Assembly (NCBI GenBank): GCA_905178155.1
Contig: CAJINV010000001.1
Span: forward strand, 3,525,675-3,589,674
From: Amoebophrya sp. A120
Taxonomy: Eukaryota > Protista > Dinoflagellata
DNA: 64,000 bases
Reading direction: 5' to 3'
Translations under genes and position numbers: made by a program
Part shown: one piece after another, positions 24,701-36,400 of the stretch
Layout of the letters: every line of letters starts with the position of its first letter
Numbering within the stretch: the stretch's first letter is position 1
Notes under the pieces: model-generated
The model's database searches: none
What the model saw: the letters and a program-made list of their open reading frames with translations, nothing else
What the model was told of the DNA's origin: nothing

Positions 24701-25535
24701 CAGGCGGCACCAAACCAGACCCCATCCGGAGGAGTTATTCAAGAACCTGTCTCCCGATGAGATGATACACCAGAAGTTGACGTTTATCGGAGTGGAAGCA
24801 AACGCGAGGCGTGTCGCGATGGAGGAGCTCGGGCGCCGGCACAAGCTAGGAAAAGCGATTCGGAGTATAGTTTAGTTTTGTCAACAACCAGTTCATCTTT
24901 TTTGTACTGTCCTCACATTCGCCTTCGCATGAACACTGATGAAAATACAGTGAATTGCACTGATGGATTGCTTGAGCACGAAGATTTCCCTTTTTTGCAC
25001 GACAACAGATAAAGACACGACCGCGACGCACAAAGTTTTTGGGACGCAAATCAAAACCTTTCCGGGGCGCGTGGAGGCACGTGTGGCCCACACGCTGGCC
25101 GGTATGGCCACGGTGTACCCGGAGGAGACTCACGTGGACAACCAGCAGATCGTGCGCTTGGAAGATGACCGGTTCATGGGCCCCACGCTGAAGGCCCGGG
25201 CGACGATGGCGATGCGGTACAACCTGCTGATGGGCGGAAATGTCTCGTACACGGGGAAGGGGCTGGAAGACGTCCGCGTTTTGCAGCCGGTGCTCCCCAT
25301 GGACGAGGCGGGCCGCAGCATGGCGTTCGAAGGAGGCTTAACGGCCGCGGGCGGTTTCACGCAGGCCGTCGCCGATCATGGCGGCTTCACCGAAATGGGG
25401 GGCGGCATGAGTGTGGTGGACGACATGATGGGAGGTGGCGGTGGCATGACCGTGCACGGCATGGACGTGGATCAAGGCGACAGCGACGAGGACGAAGATG
25501 CGAAGGCTAGAAACGAGAAGTTCGCGCTTTACTAA
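21784..25535 (+). CDS. Putative nuclear protein with K/A/P-rich basic N-terminus, long D/E tract and coiled coil; 8 exons (introns 21967-22104, 22238-22397, 22463-22598, 22865-23047, 23476-23641, 24260-24642 GC-AG, 24865-25008)
   Basis: Phase-compatible splice sites join the fragmentary ORFs 21784 to 25535 in frame. Confidence 0.7.
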
Positions 25536-26781
25536 ATAATGGCGAATATGAACCTCGGCTACCGCTGGTGCCACAACCTCCCTGTTAGTCTGCCGGCGGT
25601 GTTGATCACTGATTCTGGCGGTTCGAAATTTATTCCACGCAGTTCTTGAAGTTTTTCTGCGGTGCGACTTTTTCAACTGCTTGTACGTGCGCTTCATCCC
25701 TGCTGTGCCAACCGCGGGGTCCAAAGCTGACAAATCATATCACATGTCCATATGTATCATCGACGAACGAAGAAACAAGAAAAATAAACTTCAAGAACGA
25801 CAACTACTAGATCTACGACATCCGTGTCCGTGAGTCCGCTTGAGGGCGAGCTACTCGTCCCCTGGCGTCCGTCTTTCTTGATCTGCAGCAGGTGTTCATC
25901 GAAAGAGGGATTTTTCTATACAGTGGTGACAGCCAGTGTCGCGGGCACGTGGCGGGCTGCTCCTTTTTATTTTCATCGACATCAAAGCGACTTGAGCTGA
26001 TTGTTGATTTGTCGATCGTCTTCCCGAGCGACTCTGGACTGTGTATATGCTTTCCTCGGAATCTGGCTCAATCAGACTCCGAGCACAATCTGGTTGACAC
26101 TTATTGAGACTGAGTGTCATCATGGATGAAATCGGAGCATGAGGCGTTGGACCGGGAGAATTCACTGAACCAAATCTGAGAGATAACTCCGTGCAGCATT
26201 CGAGCGCTAAAGACTTAAAAGAATTTTGTCGGAACTCGCATTTGCCATTGAGTCGATGGTTTCTTCCCTGCGCGAGTTATTGTTTACCTTCATTCCAGAG
26301 TCGAAGCTGGCGCTGGACGATGACAAGTTTATTTGCGTTGCGTCTAAGTAATGAAAATCAAAATATGGAAATCGAAAACGAAATGGATTTTGATAAAGAA
26401 CAAGATTTTGGAATTGGAACGTAGAATACCAGTAGAATAATTTCACGCACCAGACCAACCGAGATTATAGTGGTTGAAGTAATTGTAGGGAATTTGAATT
26501 ATACATGGCGATCCTCCGCGGTTGTGCTTTGGGCGCCTGCTTCGGCGGGGATGCGTAGCCTACCGCGGTGAACCCCGCAAGTTCCGGAGTGAAGGACTAA
26601 CGCCAACGGGGAGGCTTGACCATCAGAATTTGTACTGCCGACGCTGTGCCAGGCACGAGCCTTGTCACAGCCTCCGAACGTTCGGTTCCTGTACAGCGAA
26701 CCTTTGTAGTGTGAGACGCACTGTTGTTCAAACGACGTCCGTGAGTGGTGTTGGTTGATATCGCAGTGAAGGAGCGCGAAA

Positions 26782-29700
26782 ATGGCGGATCCCACGGAGC
26801 CACCACCGGAGATGATGGACGAGGAGGAGGAGGAAATCCCGCTGTTGAAGCAGGACCACCCGCTGCTGGCGCGCGTGCAGCGCGCTTTGCTCGAGCAGCT
26901 CACCGCACAGAAGGACAGGCTAAGGCTACAGCTCTCCGAAAAGCAAGAAGAGTTGAAAAAGCTCGTGGGCCATCGAGAAAATATCGGTTCCAATTTATTG
27001 TTGTTCGCACACGAAGATTATACCCTTTGAAGCTAGTCAATAACAACAACTCACTGTCATGAGATGCGAAGAGCTAGAACACGCAAGGAAAAAAGAGCGC
27101 TCATGTTTGTACTTATGTTGTCTCGCCGAAAAAACAGGTGTGACCCTCTACCACGCACAGCAGCAACTTGCAAAACTTCAGCTGTCGCAGGAGGAAATCC
27201 AGGATAAGTTCGCCAGCATAGTGCAGTCGAAGGAGGATGAAAACCAGAAACTCGAGACCACCACTAGCGAGTATATAACTTGATATTGATGAAACTGTGC
27301 GGTGTCCAGGTCAAGGTCTTACTTCGTACAGACCACATGCATCGATTCTCAGACCACCATTTTGGAAAAGCTCATGGACTTTCTTAGCTTTTTTCTTGGT
27401 CCATTATCATGTACTTAAAACATCAAACAAAATTTTCTTCCTGTACTCCAGGTACGAAGTAGTAAAGCGAGACGTTGACAAGCAACTGAAGCAAGTGAAC
27501 AAAGCCCAGGACGAACTAAATCAGCTGAACACCACCCTGCGGCAGGTGGAAGAGTACAATGAGCAGATGAAAGGTGAGATTGGCATAACGCGACGCGCGA
27601 CCTACAAAGCAGAAGACGTAATAAAGAAGAAGGAGAAGGTCAAGAAAATGCAGGATGTCGTGATTGACAAGTAAGAAGCCAGTAATTCTCTCAACACTCA
27701 ATGTTCATGTTGTTGATGCAATAGCAAACGCAATTCTGAGAAAGTGGAAATATGAATATCGAGATTTGTTACTGATACTGTAGTACAAGACCGCTGATGT
27801 GATGTGCAAAATCGAAAAACTTTCAGGATGAATCAAGAGATCCGAAAGCTGAACGACAGTAAAGCGGTGTATGAAGCACAAATAGTTGCACAACGTGCGG
27901 AAACTGAAGCGGCAGTGAAGACGATTCAGGAAGCCGCAAAGGAAATTGAAGCGGTCTCATTCGAGAAGCGACAATTGGAGCTTTCATGGCGATCCAGTTT
28001 GATAGGGATACAAAAGCGGGACGAGGCGTATTGATTCATGCATTTTATCCATATGGCGCTGGAATCAAGGAATGTGTATGTCCATGTGCATTGTTGGTAG
28101 AACTACTTCGGTATGCTTGAGCTAGTGCTTCGCCGTCACTTGTTTTAAACACAAAACTGCTGTGCCGTATACAATGCTACAGGGCCCAAGAGGTGATTTC
28201 CGCGACGTCCAAGGTGGAACAGCGGCAGAGCGAAATTCAGAACGAAATCCGCGGCCTGCAGAACAGCATTAGAACCGAGCAAGAGCAAAATGAAAAGCTC
28301 GCAGCGGTGCAAGATCGCAACATGAAGGAAATCCAGTACCTGCAGTCACAAATGACAGTGGTAGAACTGGATGCTCACACAACATTTTTATACCTGGTGA
28401 CCACACGACATTTTTATACAAAATTTCGTCACAGCACCATTAATCTCCAGATGCAACAGTTTGGATTCTTTGATGTCGCATGTACTCCCGATCAAGTCGG
28501 ATTTTTATTCTTGTATGGACCATACAATATCAGGTTCGCGCAGAGCGTGAAAGACTTGCGGGGCACTACAGCATGCTGAAAAAGTCGCTGGATCACGCAC
28601 AAACCGAAACCGCGCATTTCGACACCGCCATAGGGACTTGTCAAAACGAAATCGACATTCTCGAGGGCAAGGTTCAACGGACGTCGAGGCACATATCAGA
28701 CACCTACAACAAAATCGACGCTTTTGTTTCCGACCAAGTCACGAGCAAGAGAAACGAGGCAGCCACACTGAAGAATATCAAAAAGGTACCTGTCATAGAT
28801 GAAGAGACTTCTGAGATCATCGGAGGCGCATTTATTTTTTTACGAGCTGGTTTAGTAGTACAGGTACAGGATTATCTTCTTTTTTCCATCCGGTAGGATA
28901 GGAGCAGAATGTCAAAGTCTTGCAAAAATTATTGTACTGTTTTTCAACAGGTTGCCACTGAAGTGGTGACGAAAGAAGAGGAAGCTGCGAAAACGAAGAA
29001 CGACATCTCGAAGATAAAGATGCAGGTCCTCACAACAAGGTCAAAACTGAGCGGCCTCGCTGCCCGAGTGAAGGAACTAAACTCCGACCTCGACCAGCGA
29101 TCGAAGGTGATCGCTTCTCACGAAAGCGAAATCAAGCAGAGGCATCTGCAAATCGAGAAAAAACAGCTCTTCGTGGACCGGCTTAACCGGGAATACGATG
29201 ACAAGAGGAGTATCGTCTTTGTTTTGTTGTATACTGCTGTCGTTCTTGAAGTAGATGTTGACGTAGAAGTTGCCTTGGTCACACAGTAAGAAAGTAAGAG
29301 TAACTCGTTTGGAAGCTTCGTCGCACCCCTCCTTTCATTCTCCTGGAATTATCGTTTTGGATTTACGATTGAATTTCTATTTCAGGGCGACTGGAGGAGG
29401 AGCTCGGAGAGGCCGTAGAGTCTTCGGGACCACTAGAAGCAAAATGCAAGTCCTTGCGGCGGCAGATAGGAGAAAGATGTAAAACGGATAGCAGAGTTTT
29501 TTCATTTGTTTTTGTTCATAGAAGTCTTGCAGCGTGAGTTGTCCCTGCCTGTCTGTAGTCGTGTTGACCATTGTTCTTTTAGAAATCTAGAAGAAAAATT
29601 CCCAGCGGCCGCCTGTGCGTTCCAGCAGAAGGAATGGCTGAAGAAACAGCACAAGATTTTAGAGGAGCAGGTCACCGCGGATCAAATAAAAGCAACAATC

Positions 29701-31102
29701 GCAGAAATGAAGCATCGGAAAATTATTCTCGAACAGAAGAAGGTATAATGCACAGTGTTTTTTTCTTGCAACAAGAACAATGACAATCATACTTCTTCAG
29801 TGACACCTCGAGTATAGAATGCGTGACACTGCACCGCTACTGACTTGCACTTCAGCGTCAATTACTTACAACATGCTGCCAACGATCACAAGCAATTGAA
29901 AAAAAAAACAGGTTCGCAGCGAAAAAGAGGTGGAGACACAGCTGCAGGAAGTAAAGCACTTGGCTATGAATGTGAAGGAGATCAAGCAGGAGATGGACCG
30001 GATGAATAGCAACATGGCGAGATACGAGGAGCAAGCAGTGAAGCTCGCGAATGACGCCGAGTGCAGCGAGAAGGAGTTCGTTGCCAAGCTGAAGGACATC
30101 GAGGCTGCCTGCACCAAGATGGAGGGGCACATCGAACAGATCAAGGTCGAAAAGAGCGATATGGAAGCGGAAACAATAGAAGCAGAGAAACAGGTACGTG
30201 CACTTCTATTTCGATACAGAATGCACGAAAACGAACGCGTGGTTGCGATTGCTGTATCGGATAAGTGAGTAACTAGAACTACGCCCTATTAACTTTCCGT
30301 GCGGGTAATTTTGGTCATTCAGAAAGTATCAAGTGCCAACAAAACGTCTCGCAGATAATGCTGTGGCAGCGAAAAATCCACTTGGAACAAGAGATGCAGC
30401 AGGCTTTGGATCCGAGTGTCGGTGATCTCGAGACCACGGCGATGAAGAAAGAGATTCATCGGATGCAGCTGCGACTAGAACAGTTGAAGCGGCGACAGGA
30501 GCAAATTATCACAGAAATGGAGCGGACAGTGCACAAGCGCGATGTGATTCAGCTCAAGTAAGGGCAGCTTCATTTAGATTTTCCATTTCAGAATTCTCAC
30601 TCGCGAATAAAGTTGTTGTCGTTTTGTCGAAAGATGAGGAGTAGTGGAAGAACAATCTAATTCCAAATCTCCGCGTTATCCGAGGTATGAGCCAAAGGCG
30701 AAAAAGAGCGGCAAGGTCGACACGAAGCGAGAGGTCGAGAGTCTGAAGCGCGCGTTGAAGACTGCGACGGAGCAGAGGGCCCAGGTGGAAGACGAAATCG
30801 GCAAGAAAGAGAAATTGCTCGAGGAATTGCAAACCACCGTGACGGACGCGCAGCGGGAAGCCTCGAAACTGGAGCACATGACCGTGGACCTGTCGGCCAA
30901 TATCGCGGTTACCAAGGTCGTGTCCGAGATCACGCACGCCAAGCTCGAATCGCACAAGACCCCCGGTCCCGCGGAACCCGCTCCGGAAGACGTCGCGACC
31001 AAGGAAAAACTGGAAAAACTCGTGCAGTCTTTCCGGGAGCGTTATCCTAGCATGGAGCTCTTCCACCCCCAACTTTGGGCCGGGTTCTACGCCACAGCGT
31101 GA
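26782..31102 (+). CDS. CCDC40: Coiled-coil domain-containing protein 40 (axonemal ruler, FAP172); 12 exons
   Basis: Motifs DHPLLARVQRALLEQL, ENIGVTLYHAQQQLAKLQ, ITRRATYKAE, WRSSLIGIQKRD, GPLEAK, MLWQRKIHL, MKKEIHRMQLR. GT-AG introns at 26987-27137, 27271-27451, 27671-27826, 28028-28182, 28361-28533, 28786-28950, 29210-29385, 29479-29605, 29743-29911, 30194-30354 and 30558-30684. Confidence 0.9.
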
Positions 31103-32134
31103 GGGGCAAGGACTGCGGGTGGTGCCTGTCTGATGCAGATGTTTTGAACCTAGCGCCAGTTTACTGGCGCAACGAAAATTAACGAAGGAAACGAATCAAT
31201 AGTCCTCCAACGTTTATATCATTATTCAAAAATAGCTGCACAAGCTAACAAGATCCAATATTTCAATCAAGTAACAGTAGAACTGCTAGTGCTTGAGCAG
31301 TCTACTACCAAAATTCGACATTATTCAGTATAGCGAAAACAAGTACAAACGAGTTCCACATGTTCATTGTGGGAAACATCACCAATTCTTTTCGTTTGAT
31401 TTGACTCATAAGCAGGAGATATGATCGGAAGAAACTATCACTTCCGAGCGACTGCGGTTGGGAAAGACTTGAAAAATCTTTCCCGCGGGTGAGGTCGAGG
31501 ATCCGCGCAGGTCGCCGCAGAAGATTATCCCTGAAAACCTGGTCCTTAATGACGAAAGCTTAAGCTTGTGAAACACTAACACACACTGTAGTTTTGAATG
31601 TAGTTGTGAATGCGATTGTGTCTGTGTCAGCAACAGCACCAAAACGCACTTTGCCTCAAAAGATTGTCGAGAGCTGTTGTCGCTTGCAACGGTGGGACGG
31701 GAAGATTTCCCGCGCTGCCAGCGTCAGAGCTGCGACAGACAGACTTTCACAGGAGGCCTCTTCCAATGTACCAGAAAAAGAACTAAAAAATGCGTTTGGT
31801 ACGATTCAAAAACGATTTGCGAATGGAAAATTCTTTTGTATGAACAAGGCTAGTACAAGAAGAAGTTGAAACAGATATACACATCTGCTACCTCGTTTGC
31901 AGCTTCAAGGCCACTGTGCCTGCTTGTACACCGCTTACGCTGTTCATGCGGTGCTTTTTTCGACGCTGCCTTGGCCTCAACTGATGTTTTGTGGATGTGC
32001 AATTATTTTTCGCCGCCGGGTATACCTCAGAAGATAGAAAACAAAGCAAATGTACACTTCTACATACGGCAGTCAATGCAAAATGTAAGACAACGCCGAC
32101 TACTAACTTGTTCCTGTCCCACGTCGCGTGGGTC

Positions 32135-32515
32135 ATGCTATCGAAAGTTGCGTGGTCGATCAGAGCATGGTCTCGCCTGTCGTCTTTCCTGCGCATCATG
32201 GTGGTCAACACGTGCTTCGTTGTGCGGCGGCAAAATGAAGGATTCTTTGTCCTAGCCAAGCGTGGCCGCAATCCGACCTACTACACGCAGCACCAGCAGC
32301 CGACAAAGCGGCGGGAGTGCGCCCGGACGGAAGCTTGTAAAGCGATACATCCGGAGGAAAACGAGAACTGTTTGGACGAGTGCGTCAGCCCTTTCTGCTT
32401 CGACCAGGTCTACGCCGGTGCGGAGAGACTCGAGCCGGGCGAGGTGGACCCGCTCAAAAGATCGAAGTTCAACCACTGCATTCTAGAACGGGTAAATCAA
32501 AAAATGGAACTGTAG
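32135..32515 (+). CDS. DUF4787-like small Cys-rich protein (start uncertain)
   Basis: C..EAC…NCLDECVSPFCFDQVY…LEPGEVD…RSKFNHC pattern. Confidence 0.7.
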   Translation: MLSKVAWSIRAWSRLSSFLRIMVVNTCFVVRRQNEGFFVLAKRGRNPTYYTQHQQPTKRRECARTEACKAIHPEENENCLDECVSPFCFDQVYAGAERLEPGEVDPLKRSKFNHCILERVNQKMEL

Positions 32516-33474
32516 CGGCCGTGCAGAGATGACCTCTCGCGGTTTTTGTTCGCCGAGAGTCGGACTGTCGAACTACCAATCGCCCGTTGGGCGCTAGAAG
32601 TCCTATAGCCATCGATCCGAAAAGGGGAATGCTAGCTGCTCTGTGGTGCAAACCATTGAAGATGTTGGAGGTGTGATCTTTTTACGTAGAGCAATTTCGC
32701 CTGGGGAATATGAATGCTAGTTAGATTTGACTATCCTTCCATTATGATTTTGTGCAGCGGGTCGAGCAGCGCTCCGCACCTCGTTCTCCTTCGGAGAAAT
32801 AGCATTTTTTTTTCTGATGCATTCATCGATCCCAACCCGCAATCATGTTCGTCTTCGTTGCTGCCGTTGATCCTTTGTGCATTGCCCATCGTGAAAACCA
32901 AGATTAGCTTTGCAGTCTTCTTCGGTTTCGTTCATGATTTAGCCAATATCGTGCATCACGTTTACTTTCGTCTTCGTGTGTGTGTCACCGCATTGCCTTC
33001 GTGCAAAAGTCGTTCTTGCCGCAGAACGCTGCCCATCGGTCGCGAGTATAACGTCCGACATAAAAATCGTAAACTAGTAACATACGATCATTAACTCTGA
33101 TGGATTCTCAAAAACAGTGCAAGTAGAGTAAAATTAGCCTTTTCCTATACGTATCCCGATGTAAACATGAAAGGTACTAAACTCCCCCGTATGTTTTGAC
33201 CCTTCTTCTACCAATTTGAATGTGTCTCGCTCCCAGATCGTGAATGTTTTCAATTACCCCGGTCAGGATCTAATACGTAGACTTTTCTGCTCCAGCACAC
33301 GACGAAAAATTATCTGCAAAATAAAGCGCACGTACAGTATCGACTGGGCGTAGTTGCTAATGGTTGCTGCACCAGCAGTCGTAGAACATCTCAGGGGCGA
33401 TTCGTGAAGGTCTTCATTCTACGGTGGAAGGAAAGCTGTTCTACTCTCGCGGTGAAAGGACCACAAGGGAAGCA

Positions 33475-36400
33475 ATGTGCGGCTTCGCCAGCCGAAGGGT
33501 GCTTGCGCGCGCCCTCTATGCCGCAGTGTTGCACTGGAGCGAGCGCGGGGATTTTGTCTTCGGATTCAACCTCCTGAATAGTCACGGACCGAATAGACGA
33601 AGACCGGAGGAGGGAAATAAAGCTAGCGCCGCGAGGGATAACAATATTCGCGTCGGACAGAAGAGGAGCGCGAGCCTAGGCAGCAAAGATTCGCTCACAA
33701 GTGCTAGTACTGTTAAAGTGAAAGCTACAGATGAAGACGACATACCATCATATTATGCGTCTGGTGAAGCTGCAACAAGTAGCGTCACAGAGGTCGTCGC
33801 AAGAGCTGATGCGGATGAACCCGAACTACGGGCGGGAACCCGTCGGTACACGCCACCCAGGCACGAGGATTTTCAAAATTTTCCGAACTCGGAGGAAGAT
33901 GTCGAAGACGAGGCATTTATCAACTTGTTATCGTCGGACGATGAAATGGAGGCGATTCACGGACGAGATACATCAACACCACCCGACCGCAGCGGCACAA
34001 GCACATGGAAAACAACACTGCTCCCACCTCACGAGGACGAAATCGACAGCAACAATTCTCATGATGCGGACAGCAGCAGGAGCAGCAGGCCGGTCGGAGC
34101 TGCTGCAAAAATAGACCGTGGAGGAGGACGAAGACCAACGACGAGCAGGCACGCACGGTCAACATCTTCCTCGCGTCGACCTAGTGTAGTGCTATTAGAG
34201 ACAGAAGGAAAGATGACCACGTCGACCCAGAGAACAGATGATCTCCCTAATAATCACCAGGATGGAGGAGGACGCACCTCCACGTTGATCACCACGAAGA
34301 CCATGAACGTTCTGTGTATGGCGGTGTTGTTCACCATCCTGCCGTGCTTGGTGTTCATCCTGATCATGTGCGTGGATACGGAGCGCATCTCCGTGAAGGA
34401 GACCGAGAAGCTGTTTGGCACGGTGTGCCCCGGGTTCGAGGCCTTCACCGACAGCACGCAACGGTTCACGTTCGCGGACCAAAACACGCAAACCACCACG
34501 ACGAAGGCCGAGGAGGCGGCACGGCACATCATTTGCTCCGACGCGGACGGCGAGCCCCTGTGCTACGCGCTGGTGAACTTCCAACAGGGTGCCCTGGTCG
34601 CGCTGGTCGAGGATTTCCTGGACGAGTTTGGCGGCGACGGGGCGGACCCGGACGCCATAGACACCGGCATGTTGTTCGACCGAATCGACGCCTACCTGGA
34701 CGAGGGGGTGGGCACCGGGCACGGGCCCGCCGCGCCGGAGATGACGCCGGCGGAAAAAGAGAAGATGAAGAAGACGTTTTTCGGGCGGAAAAACCCGAAG
34801 GGTCGGCAGGGTGCAGCCGCAGCGAAGGACCAGCAAGCCGCGCAGCTCGTCGGCAGCATCCGACGCAGTCTCGACAAGATGGCCGCGGAAGGCAAGAAGA
34901 GCGGCATGCGCGTGGAGAAGTCCGGGGTTCTTCGCTCCGAAAAGAGCGGAGTCATGCATGGCGGGCTCCTGCTTCCGGGGGACCAACAAAGGGGCGGAAG
35001 CAGACATGTGAATTTTGCAAGTAGCAACAAAACGATCAACCAGACCCTGGCGCCAGAAAGAATGAATGCGTCCGCGGCGTCGAAGAACTCGAAAAATAGT
35101 CTTCAGATCAATCCTAACATCCCACCGGGCGCGGGCGGCGGACAAATCTTTCGCATAACGCACGACGAGGATAACGAACGCGCGACCGAGGGTCACTTTG
35201 GTCGCGGGGAGGAAGACGAGGCGGACCCCCTGGCCGCTGACGACCCCCTGGCGGAAGGGGAAGGCGAGTCTACTCGTAGTTTAGCGCTGCTTTCTGGCAT
35301 TGATGAGGACCACGCCAGCGACGGAGAATCTTTCACGAGCGAGATCGAAGAGCTCATTGACGAGGCAGAAGAGCTGCCGATTGCGTTGGCTCTGCAACAG
35401 GAGTTTCAGGGATCTTCACGAGAAGCCACGACCCCTGCGTCCTCGGGCAGAGGTACAACAACTCCCCGGCGGGACCACCGGCGGGCCGAAGGCAGCGCGA
35501 CAAAGACGTATGGGCGAAATTCTACGCAGGAATTTTTACTGTTGTCAGCTTCGGGAGATCCTGCCACGTTCCCGCCGGACGGCCTCACTCCAGCTGCGAG
35601 AGGCGGTGCGCACATGACTGATCTATCCGCAGGCGCCCGCGAACGGGGGAAGGCGAACTTCCGACGCATTGTGCGGAAGCTGATCGCCATTCAGCAGGGC
35701 GATTTTGCGCAGCTTAGTTGGCGTGACGTGGCTCTCCACGGCCGGGGTGCGCTTGGGGAGTCGATTCTGCACATCTGCCTGTTCCTGAACACGCCCGCCC
35801 ACCGCGTGCTGGTGCACTACCTGGTGGTGAAACTCGGACACCGCGTATGCTGGCAACGCGAGTTCCAGGCCACCACCCTGCGGGAAAAGAAGGACGACGA
35901 CCCGAACGACTTAGAATACCGCAAGGGAACCGAGAAGGATGAGCAGGGCCACGCGTCGCCGGAAGATTCCGGCCTCTACGGGTCCCTGCACAAAGGCAAA
36001 CGCGCGGGGAAGCGGAAGCGCCCCCCCGCCCAACCGCGGCCGGAGGGGGAGCAGCTCCCCGGGGCGAACCCGCTGGTGCTGGCGGAGGGCGAAAAATCGG
36101 GCCGGGGAAGACCTCGGATCGAGGAAGGAGCAGCTGAGGACAACAACGAGGCGCAAATTCCGACGCGGGATCTGGCGAGTGGCCAGGATGTGGGGAACGT
36201 GAAAAAGCGTGCCATTGCGTACGTGAGCGCGGCCTACACGGTGCGCGCCTACCGGGGGGAGACCGCGCTGCACATCGCCATCATGAACGACGACCTGCTG
36301 TCGGTCGAGCTGCTGATCGACCACGGGGCGGACCTCACCGCGCAGGTGACCGGGTCGTTTTTCACGGGCCGGCTGTACAGCGGGGCGCTGCCGCTGTCGT

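Noticed and set aside
26061-26073. Possible dinoflagellate spliced-leader relic (tctggctcaa)
   Set aside because: The match is too short to distinguish from chance.
31153-31170. Short hairpin after CCDC40 (also one at 19801-19821)
   Set aside because: 8-bp stems are expected by chance, and bacterial terminators do not apply here.
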